DNA of 62,968 bases, filler included, from Choristocarpus tenellus KU-1152 (GCA_964200185.2; 12 parts of 12 records of this genome joined end to end with filler, not necessarily neighbours in it); one strand, 5' to 3'. Shown: positions 51,724-62,968, numbered from the whole stretch's first letter. Made by a program: numbers and translations. The notes: a model not told the origin generated them from the letters alone.

Positions 51724-52330
51724 TCAACGCTCTCTGCACATCTTCTCACTGGGTTGAGGGAGAAACCGGGATGAGTATCTTGGGTCTAGGGAAGATGGTA
51801 AACTAAGAAGGTCACTTGGCGAACGTGATTCAACTATCCTGTGGGAGATAGGCCTTCTAGAGGTTTCGGTAAAATTTCCACAGGACTGTGGAGAGTAATT
51901 GCCACGTGCCCCTTCGATAACAACAATGGAATCCTCCCTTCCAGATCTCGCAATTGCAAGATCTGTCAAAACATTTGACCTTGAATACATCAAACGACTT
52001 CCTTCCTTCCAAACAGACAGTAGAGTGAATATCATCTCGTGAACGTGTATCCAGTCTTATATGGTTGGCGTGACTTGGGTGTGATGGTGGGGAGGGTTCT
52101 GGAGGAAGAATCCGCATGTGTTCTTATCACTAGAGTCAACACGATGTTCTTGCCATGAAAAACTGCTTGGTCTACCCATATGATCCGCCCGAGGGGATGG
52201 GATAAACCTTCGATTGTGTTGATGTTGGCATTGTCTGGTGTTCGATTTTGGCATACTATCGACTGGTTAGAATTTTATCCATCACCCCACATCTGAACTC
52301 TCTGGATAGTTACCAATACGAATGGCGATG
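51724..52330 (-). mobile_element. Possible Penelope-like element remnant (GIY-YIG-like region)
   Basis: SCGNFTETSRRPISHRIVESRS loosely fits C..C...YIGET.R.L..R..EH. Very degenerate. Confidence 0.25.
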
Positions 52331-52467
52331 TGATCCTTTGGGGGCGCGACTCACCCAGGGAAGGGTGGTGAAGATAATCTCTGGACAAGAGACAGACCAA
52401 ACAAACCAGCACGAATGGAAGCGGACATGATGAGGTAAAGGTTGCATATATTACGATAATCGGGAGT

Positions 52468-52850
52468 ATATTGCAGGAAAGGAGTAGTTAAATCCCGGCT
52501 ATGCCAAATTGTTTCGGTGACTACGCAAGTGGCATTGTCTCAACATGTCATGCGCTTTAAACTAGAGTCACCAGGGAGATGGGCACGGAGGGGTTTGTTG
52601 GATTCTTGGGATGCCTCCCTAGCTCCCCCCCCAGGGCGCAGGAGTAGGTTGATGGGAAGCACAGGAAGACAGTAGTACAATATTGATAATGGTGAAGTAA
52701 CTGATAGATTAGAGGTGGTTTTCACACTTACGGTGTTTTATAGTGTTTCACATTTATGATATTTTATTTCCTTAGGGCTTATACTGACATTTGTATAGTT
52801 TTCATTTGTCTTCCCCCTGAAACATCTGGAAAATGTCGGAGGGCATAATA
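52468..52850 (+). mobile_element. 5'-truncated CRE-clade copy (ORF end and 3' UTR)
   Basis: Close match by eye to 22980-23365 (atattgcaggaaaggagtagttaaatcccggcta...aaaatgtcggagggcataataa). Confidence 0.92.
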
Positions 52851-52920
52851 ATATATATGTATGCATTTATTATTAATGCTATTATTATTTTACTACATTT
52901 TATAGTATTATATTTCTATT

Positions 52921-53142
52921 ATTATACCCTATGACATTTTGTATGTGTCGAAAGAAAACCAATGAAAACTGATCACATGTCAGAATAGCCCGCCTAAAAA
53001 AGTATCAGTAATAAATTTGCTAACAGATGTGCTACACCGTTCATTCCCTTCCTGTGCCTCTGACCTACCTTAGTCCTGCGCCCAGGTGAGGGGCTAGGGA
53101 AACGTCCCACTAATCTAATAAACCCCCTCGCATGACACGTCT
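52921..53142 (-). mobile_element. 5'-truncated, diverged CRE-clade copy, tail-to-tail with 52468-52850
   Basis: The reverse complement reads agacgtgtcatgcg...ccctagcccc...gggcgcagga...gcacaggaag...ctgacatgtg..agttttcattgg...gacacatacaaaatgtcatagggtataat. Confidence 0.75.
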
Positions 53143-56100
53143 TTTATATTGTTCCCTCTCTCATTTTGGACGTATATCGTGGAAGAAACAAAACTAAAAC
53201 TAAATTATAAGGATTTTCTGTATATAAAACAGTACTACTATCAGTAGTAGGTTTTGTCAATACTAAGATACCCCTCTCAAAAATATGTATTATTTGAAAC
53301 TGGAAACATAAAGTTGGGGATGATATCCCGACCCTTAGTCACAGGCACCAGAAGTACACACTATACTATACTTCCAGAGGCGGTACATACACAATAATCT
53401 ACACTTCTCATACTAACTACCCTTGCCTTACTAACTGTTTCACAACGACTATAGTTGCACTGCCTCTATTCCTGCCTTCATCCATTCTATTCAGCACTCC
53501 ACCCCACCACTCCCACTACTCCCACCGCTCCCTGCTCCATCTCCTCCCTCAAATCTTTTGGCAGAACCGTACGCCCACCCCCCTGAAGTTTTCATCTTGA
53601 TCTGGGGTGTAGCGTTTTGTGGTGTTGGCATTGACAGGATTGTACAGTAGTTGTGCATGACTTTGTTAAAACCTTGTCATCATGTCCAATAATGCCATCG
53701 AAACCAGATATCTGTGAAAAGAAGTCCTACATCGAAGGGGTTCAAATCCGTAAAATTCGTGTCATTCAAAATTCATGTTGGTAACCATTGTGTTTATAAT
53801 TATATTTTATCCAAATCGCACAACAACACTACTAATAGTATTATACTATAAATAAGATCTTCCACGATTTTTCCCTGTTGTTCCAAGCCACCAGATTTCG
53901 TGTGAAATCTTTGATCCGAAGATCCAGGATTATGTTAGTACATGATTATTAGAACATCGCAACGAACCTTTGTATTCGATCATCAAAAGTCGTAACATGT
54001 TTGTACAAATCCATCCACATTGCTCCCAAAAGTATAGCTCCACTCCACGCTCCTTCTCGCAAACCCCTCTCCATCAAAAACAGGCTGTGATCTTCGTTCT
54101 CCACTTTTTGCTTTACTTCAGTGGACGATTCCCTTTGCCTTAGAGGTGGCACGAGGGCTTACACCCTCCTTGTTAGTCCTTGTTCCTTCTTTCACCTTCT
54201 TCAATTGCACCCTTGAAGTCTTGGTGCATGATCCAGCCTTTGTGGGTGGTCCACCATGTCTTGGTGCGATGTTCAAGTGATGCAGACACTCCAGCAGGGT
54301 GGGTACGGTTCCAAACTTGAAGCATATAGAGTCACAGAAGCTTGTGGAGAGCTTCACGACCCCGAAGTACAGGGTGACATTTTTTCGTCACGGGGAGGTG
54401 CGTTTAGTGAAGGTGCATTATGGCGTTATGAGGAGTTGCAAAGGGATTGAGGGAAACAATCTCAGTGAAGATGGAAGAAGGAAGGAAGAAATGAGTTTGT
54501 GTTGAGCGTCATTGTGTATGGTAAGATGTTGTCTGTGTGACCTCCAGGTTATCCTCCGTTGAAAGGTTTCGTGTAGACGGTTGATATTTGTAGACGACTG
54601 TTTGATCTAAATCGCATTATCTATTACTTTGCTCTCACCTGGCGTAAACACCTAGTATCTGATCAACATTGTCGCAGGGTACGATACGACAATGCCATAG
54701 TGCCTGTTCCTCACCTTTGGGTTACCACTACACCTATGGCAGTTTCACCCTATGGAGAACCCCCAACTCATTGGTGCGACCCATAGACAATGCGGCTTAC
54801 ACGAAACTGCACTCTACTTCTGTCGAAGATAAAAGTACCACGTAACTGTATCTAACTGACACGCTTAAATAAACCCTTTCGATACAAAACGCCCCTCAGT
54901 CGGAGTGGAACAGAGCTGGGATATTTATCGGCTGGGGGGACATTCCCCTCACCGCCCGGGGCGAGGGCGAGGTGGTTGGTGCTGGGAAGGTTTTGATGAA
55001 GAATGATATGGGGGACGTGGATGAAATCTTCTGCAGCTACCTTAAGGTTACCGAGCCATCGACAAAGCTCGAACACAGTACAATATTTCCGATCACAAGA
55101 AATGTCACTGTGTTTATCTCTAGGCTCATAGTAGACAACTACGATGTCCAGAGTAGTGTATTTTCCGTATTTTGCGCCGAGGTCACGTGACGTAAGAGTC
55201 GCCTTCAGCTGTAAACCTGATACTCCTCTTTTTGTGATGGACACCTGCATGCCCATCTCTTTCGATAGAGGCTGAACTACCCTTGTTCCTTGTAGCAGAC
55301 TGTTGAGAACGAGTCATGCTTGCTATCCGCACAAAGCTTGCTGTTGGTTCACAACCAGCTCTGACAGTGGCGAAGCATACCTATTCATTCCTCGATCGTC
55401 TACTGTACTATGGTACTGTAAAGTTGTTACTGATATTCTGTTGCGCTGAGGGTTGAGGTCAGGATGCTAACTCCCCATTTAAACTCAAAAAACATTTGCA
55501 CACAGCACTCAATCAAGACAGGGTGGATTATTGCTGATACCTTGAACAGGTCATTCATCCCAGTGTCATGCGATTGGCGTCTCAATGAACAAATGTATGG
55601 GTACTTGCAGGTGAGTCCCTCCCTACCACCAACCCTCTCTTGTGGTTGATCATTAACAGAGGGTTTTGGGTATGATAGAGTAGCCTCATATCCTTGTATA
55701 TTATTGCACTTGCTTGCAGTCACTAATCAGAAAACTGGGTGTATCCTGAAACACTGTAGATGCCGCAGTTCTTCATAGACAATTACCTAAGCAAAACCCC
55801 AGCTGTAGTGGTGTATGGTGGCATAGACCTCTGAAGTGATACAACGCACATGTGTGAGTTCTACTGTGAACTACGCACCCTCCTCTCTTACTATGGGTTA
55901 CTTGGTTAGAATGACACCCACCCTGGGGTATACCCTTGTAATTATTTTTTGATCACTACGGCTCTATTGCAAAGACAGTTTCACAATTATTTAGAAAAAA
56001 CTTCCTTCAGTGAGTTGGGAATGAGCTTGTGCGGAAAGCCCTTGGTGTATCTGAGAGTTGTTTGCTCTGAGCATCGCTAGAACACATCCAGTCGCTTCTC

Positions 56101-56804
56101 TCAACAAAGTTGTTGCAGTCATACCCTCATAATCATGCTCCAATACTTCCTTTCTAGGCCGTACATATATGTTGATCAGAATGCCATTTTTTTTGTAACA
56201 AGTTTCACATTGCAACATTATATTATCTCGAGATGTGCTTCCTCCCTGACGTCAGATTCAATAAAACCAGAATTTGAAGCATTCGTGTGCAGTCCGAGAG
56301 AAATAGCATTGCATGCCCGAGTTTTGGCACTTCTCTGAACGACATTTCTTGATTATATGTAAGAAGTGGTCTTACCAGACCTTTTGATTCCCATTTTTTT
56401 TTCTTGTGGTGCACATCATGTCTGTGCAAGTATTGAGACCTTTTTTTCCCTGATGCAGAGACCATTTTATATGTTTGGTCTAGGAAAATTTGCGATGCTG
56501 CTTACAATCCACTGCACTCTGTGTCGGTCCCACAACCTGATTGGCCAATTTATTCCTTGCTGCCCCATCAGATTATCTGTGCCTAAGTGATTGTATCCAT
56601 TGAGCTCAGAACATCTCTTCAATAGCACAGCATCCCCTTATCCACTGTCCCTCCCACCCTCCCCCCCCCTTACACCCCTTACCCCTATCCATAACTCGCA
56701 CTACNNNNNNNNNNNNNNNNNNNNNNNNNNNNNNNNNNNNNNNNNNNNTTAATTAATTAANNNNNNNNNNNNNNNNNNNNNNNNNNNNNNNNNNNNNNNN
56801 NNNN

Positions 56805-56914
56805 TGATTTGGTTGCATACGTTGGATGGATAATGTAAGGGCACTTTTCCTGGTTTTGACCCCCCTGGACACCCTGGGGTAGACCCCCCCCCCCCCCCCC
56901 AGATACTTTGGCCC
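56805..56914 (-). mobile_element. MITE family B fragment at a contig start
   Basis: tgatttggttgcatacgttggatggataatgtaag...ccccagatactttggccc. Confidence 0.8.
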
Positions 56915-57910
56915 AACGGCAGTCTAGGAACCAAGTGATTTAAGATTGTCCACGCTGTTTATGGATGATTGAAGAGCATGCCTGATGTATCGCATTCGTT
57001 TGAGGTGATGTAGGAACCTTCGCAAGCAAAACAGATGACCGCTAACAAGAAATTGGCAAATCATAGTGTACTAATCTCAAGCTATTACGAGCATAAGTTG
57101 TATTCACTCAAATTTTATGTTTTCTACTCCAATCGGAACATGCATGTGGGACACCACTTGAGGTGCATAAAGCGCTTCTCTGCTAGTAGATCATGTAGCC
57201 CTCGTTTGGACGAAAAATAACCAATCAATAACACCTCTTTATTTTCAGCTTCGATTTGTCAATATTTTATCAAATCGTTCTCTTTCAAGACCTGCAAAAC
57301 AATTGCAACAATTCACCAATTCTAAATTGGTAAACAAGTAGAGAATTTGGTGTGAATTCAGCTTGCACAAAAATTTGAACATACGAAGGTGTTCAATGCA
57401 TTAATTAGCCCTTGGGTCAGCGGCAAACTCAGGAGGGATAAGAGTGATATGAGTGTCCATAAAATGGAAATAATCATTTAAGCCGCCATGAAGCTGCACG
57501 TGCCGAATTGTGAACATTTGAAAGTCCTACTCGGCCCGTGTTCCACGAAAAATTTGATAATCCCCACATCCCAAACCTGTTTACCGTGAGGAGCAAGTCT
57601 TCATACCAAGTACCCATAACATATCACTTGGTGTAATTTTGGTTAGCAACACATTGTATCCATAGGCTTGTTGAGAACAGTAGTATGGGCATTTTCTCAG
57701 ATGTTATTTACTCAGAAAAATTAAGATTACATAAACGTTGTCGGGGACGTATTGATTCTAAAGCTCCATAGGTCCTTCCATTACCAAGTCGCAGATGAGC
57801 AATGAACATTTTAGTTGTACTTCCAGAATAAATAAATGTAGAGCACAGATTTGATAGCAAAGTCAAAACAAACTACATAATATTCTGTGCTGAAGCTGAC
57901 ACCATGTACT

Positions 57911-58120
57911 GAGCCAAACCAATTGAGGAATGGGTAGATTTGGACCCTTCTGTATCCTAAGTCATATTTCTTACCCTGGGCAATGCACTCTATTCCATTA
58001 CTTTATGTTTACGATAGTGCCGACTAAATTGATACTCCCCCTTTCTACAAACCGGTGATACGACATATTAGCAGAGGAACTTTGTTGGGATCCTTCAAAT
58101 GCAACCTTGCCTGCTTCTTT
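57911..58120 (+). mobile_element. MITE family D copy, right TIR interrupted by MITE A
   Basis: GAGCCAAACCAATTGAGG...aaatgcaaccttgcctgcttc; aligns with 4346-4606. Confidence 0.65.
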
Positions 58121-58373
58121 GAGTGAAAGTATCTTAGAGTGTACGACTTTTGCCCTGTTTGTCCAATTGGGGGCTTGGCTCCCCTTGGAGGTTTTTATGA
58201 CATTTTCCTACTCCAAAATGTTTCGGAGTAGGTGAATTGTATACATTGTTAAAAGGTGTGTCCGGAACAAGGACATTCCTAACAAACACGGTAGTCAAAA
58301 TTACATCAAAATCGCAAAATTGGATTTTGACCCCCAAATGGACGTAGCTCTGCCATCTAAGATACTTTGACTC
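58121..58373 (+). mobile_element. MITE family A copy with 3-bp TSD (TTT)
   Basis: GAGTGAAAGTATCTTAGAG ... TCTAAGATACTTTGACTC, with TTT on both flanks. Confidence 0.88.
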
Positions 58374-58648
58374 TTTCTCTTGGTTTATAGCCCGATTCTA
58401 GTACATTTCTTTTTTCCATTCAACAGATGTTGAAACTGTACTGAACTAATGTTTCCATATTATACATATGTTAACACTCTCATTGACCATGATACACCTG
58501 AGTTACAAACCAAATCTCATGCAATCAATATACCCTATCAACTCCAATATATTGTTTTTGCAGTCAATCAGTGTACCAAAAGAACAGGTGTACTTGAACA
58601 GCCCACAATCTTGTCATCTCTACATCAAAATACTTCACTCCCATTCAC

Positions 58649-61600
58649 CTGGCAAGGACAAATTGTACCAACCCGGCAAGTTCTCCCAAGGCTCCGTTCC
58701 CCTCAAATGGTAGTTGTATGCTGCAAGAGATTGAATTGTGATACAGTTGGTCAAATGAGGACAAAATACTGTAGTATACAGTAGAACATGGCGTATGGAG
58801 TGAGTAGGTGCGGGAGGAGCGGGGACTGAATCGCCATAAGGTAGAGAATCGTCTTGAAAATACATACCAACCACAAAATCAACACTATATAATCATTCAA
58901 TAAGAGTTGAGGTCCAGGAATTGATTTGACCGTATGATACAGCCCATCTAAATAAACTATTGCATGTGCTTCATAAAGTTATTTTGCCATTTGTCTAAAA
59001 TACAGTAGTTGAACTAGTATCGGACACAAGCAGGACAGCTTCATACAATGTACCAAGTACATGACAAAGGAAGTTATGTCTGTCGAGAAAGGGTGGGGAT
59101 TCAATGTAACCTTCAGTAAGTAATACCGTACGAGAAAAGAGAGAATCTCCAAAACAAAGTGTACATGATAATTGTATGTTGGGGGGGTAATTGAGTGTAT
59201 GGGGTCTCTGTGACCGCCTTCTGGTACATGTAATCCTAGCACTCGGGAGGGCAATATTGTACTTGAATGGGCACTTGGTTCCTAGTTTTGCAGACACAGC
59301 TTCCTCATAGACATTACCACCATTCCAGGCATAGGAACATAGACATGTGGAAAAAAGATTTTATACAACCCATATAACCTACAGACCCCAATCAGACTTG
59401 CCTAATTTATTGTGCTCATCCATTCCATTCCTTCGCACCTACCTGAAAGAATCATATCGGTTGGATCCCGGACAAATTGTACGATCTTGACTCTACCACT
59501 GTCATGTTCCATGGGGGTGCAGATCTCTTCAGGAACATATTTTTTGCATTTTGCAAAACCAACAAAATATCCTTCGTCTTCCCGCGCACTGACACAAAGA
59601 TGGTTCATTTGGAAAGGTAGTAAGATACAAGGCATCTCTAGTAGCAACAGGATTTTCATGAGACTAAGGATTTTGATTTTCTGTGATACCTTTGCCCTGA
59701 TGACATGGCCTGTACGTTCAAGAGTGGTTTTTGGCATTAACTGCAGACAAGGAATTGCAGGATTGGGATATGAAGCAGAACATTTATTAGAGCAGAAACC
59801 AGAAAATAACTATTTGTTCGTTTGTATGATGGATGTGATTTATGATATGGAAAGGTTGTATATTTGGTGAAAGTTGTTTATGGCATCAAACAGGCTAGCA
59901 GGGAGTTTAATAATATATTAAAAGTACATTTTAGAACAGTGTTGTTTTGAACAATGCAGAGCAGATCCCTGTGTGTTACGCTATGTAAGAGATAGCATTG
60001 TTTGTGCTTTGATAGACCCCCACGTTGAGAATATTTTATTAGCTGGTATAAAAGACATTTTGATTTGGGTTCGATCTAGAATCAAGCTACACTTTTCTAT
60101 AGAAGATTTTGGTAATCTTGAGTATTTTATGGGTTGTGAGATTCCACGCAATAGAATTGCAAAGACTGTCAACATTAGCCAGAATATATACATTAGGAGA
60201 ATTTGTCAAAGATTTGATATGGATGGGGCAAAGAAGATGTCGGCCCCCCATGATCTCTCAAGGACTTTCGACAAGAGTGAGGATCATCCAAGTGTTGATG
60301 TAAATACACTGTACAGAGGTGAAGTTGGTAATTTGATGTGGGCATCTGTTATGACTAGGCTAGACATTGCAAATGCAGTTCGTGGAAGTTGCCAAGTGTA
60401 GTAGTAATCCCAAAGTCACACATTGGCGTGCAGTAAAGTGTATTTTTGCATATTTGAATATGTTCCCAGTGTTGGGTTGATTTTTGGTGGTTTTGATACT
60501 GAGTGTGAGTTGAATACATATACTGATGCAAGTTGTGCTGGAGACTGGAATGATTGTAGAACAGTGACTGGAGGAGCAAGAATGTTTGCAGGGGGAGCAA
60601 TATCTTGAAAGTCAGAGGTACAAAGAGTGGTAGCTCTGTCTTCAACGGAGTTTTAGTATATAGCTCTTAGCAGTGTGGCACAGGAATTGCTTTTTTTGAT
60701 AAGTGTTTTTGAGTTTATTCAGTCACAGTCTTCTAGGCGTTGCAGTTGGCACAAATTGCTCTTTCTTGTTTCCGTGTATCCTAGAGCTTGTGCAACACAA
60801 TGGATTTTCAGATGTTCGTTTCCATATTCTATAGCTGTCCAGCTTGACGTCTCAGGTGGCTTTCCTAATTCCCCAAACCCTGATCCATTAAAAAGTTTGA
60901 TTCAACCTTCAGAGAGTGGCCACCATCTTGACTTCAGTGATTCAAATATAGTAAAGGAGTATGTTGAAGAACTTGGCGCATGTAAGGCTCGTCGCCCAAA
61001 GCTGGTAGTTGAGTTTCATCGTAAAACATGAACTAAAATATTAATTATCCACTGGGCCTTTGAAGTAGTCATCAATTATCTCTGACGTACGACCCATCAT
61101 ACCGCTATGTACGTTACTGCTTTGTGTTGTACCTAACCAAAGATAGTCGCACGTGAAACTGTATTATACAATTGTATCAACTCACACAAACGTAAGGATA
61201 TCACTAGGTTATTCGACATCCTCCCCTTGCTGAAAACAATTATTATCTCTCAAAGCAGTCACACACACAAACATAACACACACGTTATCTTACATGTTCA
61301 TCGAAAACTTCACAGGTTATATATTAATTCTTACTGGGAAATTCTTGACCAACACGTCTGCCCTCTAATTTTCAGTGTCAACAACAACAACACGAATCTC
61401 TCCTTTTCTAGCTAAGTCCCTCAGAAAATGGTGTAGGACATCAATGAGCTTTGTTCTACAAGAGCTCGTAGCATCTCGTAATAGTTTGCATGCACCATCG
61501 TTTTCATCAAACATGTCCTCAACACCTCTGAAGCATTGTTGGATCAGGTCAGGCACTGGAAAACAGTGCATACCTGGAGCGTAAGTAGAGTATTGACCAC

Positions 61601-62166
61601 CATTTTGAACAAATTGGCCCTCCAGCTCTGGAGTGATTCGATAATGAAATATCAAAATAGACTATCCTCTGAAGTATGAGTTTATCGTCTTAGAAAGGCA
61701 TCGAAAATAAGTAGGGTCTGTCTCACCAGAGGCAGGATCCCCGGCATGGGACATGACCATTGCGAAATGAAGGAATATGGACTGCATAGGAATCTCTAGA
61801 CAACAACAATTAATCTATAAACTGTTGCGTAATTGATCTGAAGTACTGGTCAAGGTACTTGAAGTGTCATTTGTATCATTCCAAACATGTGTACAGTACA
61901 AAACACAATAACGCCAAGCATTTGAATATTTTCCCTCTAAGCAGCAATCACAAATCCATGAGGACGTCAACAGCAGTCCCTGAGGATGTAGCATCACACA
62001 ATAGACAGATGGCATACCTCAAGTGGTCCATCCCTATGTCACATCCCCAGCCCTGTGGCACGTGCTCTGGCTCTCCAGCTGCTTTCGCAACCTCCTCACA
62101 GTATTGCAATAGTGATTTACGGACTTCTGAGGCAAACACCGTACCAGATTTGTGTGCTGTTGCAAA
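58649..62166 (-). CDS. Sulfotransferase-like protein (PAPS-binding motifs), internal exons
   Basis: Three phase-compatible AG/GT exons: 62166-62018 (FATAHKSGTVFASEV..., 5'-PSB-like), 59588-59443 (...KIVQFVRDPTDMILS, 3'-PB-like) and 58720-58649 (AYNYHLRGTEPWE...). Terminal exons are unresolved. Confidence 0.72.
59615..60730 (+). mobile_element. Ty1/copia reverse transcriptase and RNase H remnant, antisense in the sulfotransferase intron
   Basis: YKASLVATGFS, DFCDTFA, LQDWDMKQ, YGIKQASREFN, FEQCRADPCV, degenerate YVDD (HVENILLAG), TRLDIANAV, YTDAS.AGD..DCRTVTG, VALSSTE. Contains stops and frameshifts. Confidence 0.9.
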
Positions 62167-62945
62167 CTGTCAAGAAGGGGAAGGAAAGAGAGATGTTTTC
62201 TTGGATGGAAAATAAAATTTCAAATTCACCAACAGCGTGAGACAATACTATTGGAAGACCAAGTAACTCTGAGAGCAACAAATATTTAAAGGAGTCATCA
62301 TTTGATCCTAAGGATAGTTGCACCCCTGCAATTTATGATATATATATATATATAGGCACTCAACACACATCCACATAGCATGGAATAGCCAACCTAGGAA
62401 TACCAAAAATAACCTTATCAATGGAGCTGCTGTTCTCTCTACCAGGTGGCAAGTACATTCCACCCATTTGCGGTAGTCTCAAGTGGTACTGTGAGCACTT
62501 ATACTGCTTGGACTGCATGAATGCCTGGTACAAAGGAGACACCTTGCCATTTCCAAAGACAACGTAAAAGACGAGTCTTCAAATGGTATTTCCTACGGCA
62601 GCTCCTAACAGATTACAGAGGAGGGACTCAAACAGGTACATAATCCCATTCTTCAACTTGCTTGCGTCCGTCTTTTGTTCTTCTACGATTATCGAATACT
62701 AACCCATTTGGTACAACAAAGTATATAGTCTGACTGCGGTATGATGGCAAAAGAGAATCCCATCATTGTAACATCACATTGACATCCCCTTCTGTTAAGA
62801 GGTTCATATCTGGTGTGTGGCAGTGTTCTAAATACTCTAACAAAACTAACAAAGCAGGGCGGACTTGAGCAGTAGACACATCAATGTTGTTGCTTGTCTC
62901 TCCATTCATTCTATCAAAACTTAACGAGGAAGACGCTATCCATGT

Positions 62946-62968
62946 GACCCAAAGTATCTGGGAGGGGG
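62946..62968 (+). mobile_element. MITE family B terminus at the window end
   Basis: gacccaaagtatctgggaggggg. Confidence 0.7.

Noticed and set aside
55991-56465. Fanzor/TnpB-like C-terminus (LQCETC...NGILINI)
   Set aside because: No RuvC D/E/D motifs and no RD before N-x-x-x-NI. The match depends on an A-run length and is likely chance or another decayed transposon.
59402-59737. ORF-track 111-aa ORF as a single exon
   Set aside because: Its first ~45 codons are the antisense of copia RT; only 59588-59443 is supported as a host exon.
36649-62166. MPI plus sulfotransferase as a sulfated-polysaccharide gene cluster
   Set aside because: They lie on different contigs separated by artificial linkers, so adjacency carries no information.

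Overview
This is eukaryotic, intron-rich, transposon-rich DNA. A stramenopile, probably a brown alga, is inferred from gene content, long introns and TTAGGG repeats. It is not one locus: 12 short contigs are joined by artificial 100-bp linkers (N44-TTAATTAATTAA-N44), so synteny across linkers is meaningless. Host genes or gene fragments: tRNA-Ser(GCT), the 5' exons of a SNF1/CIPK-like kinase, MON1, mannose-6-phosphate isomerase (probable GC-AG intron), a WH2-like repeat C-terminus, a C2-domain protein and a sulfotransferase-like gene. Mobile DNA: a decayed CRE-clade non-LTR retrotransposon (RT plus restriction-like endonuclease) with many 3' fragments, a mariner-type transposase pseudogene, two Ty1/copia remnants, a CCCH-finger gag-like remnant and about 21 MITE copies. 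I cannot demonstrate a new biological system. The best leads are: (1) four MITE families with different internal sequences that share GA[G/C/A][C/T]CAAAGTA-type termini and sequence-variable 3-bp target duplications; (2) a clustered CRE family with a conserved 3' stem-loop, one copy carrying a TTAGGG tract; (3) pervasive short interstitial telomeric repeats.
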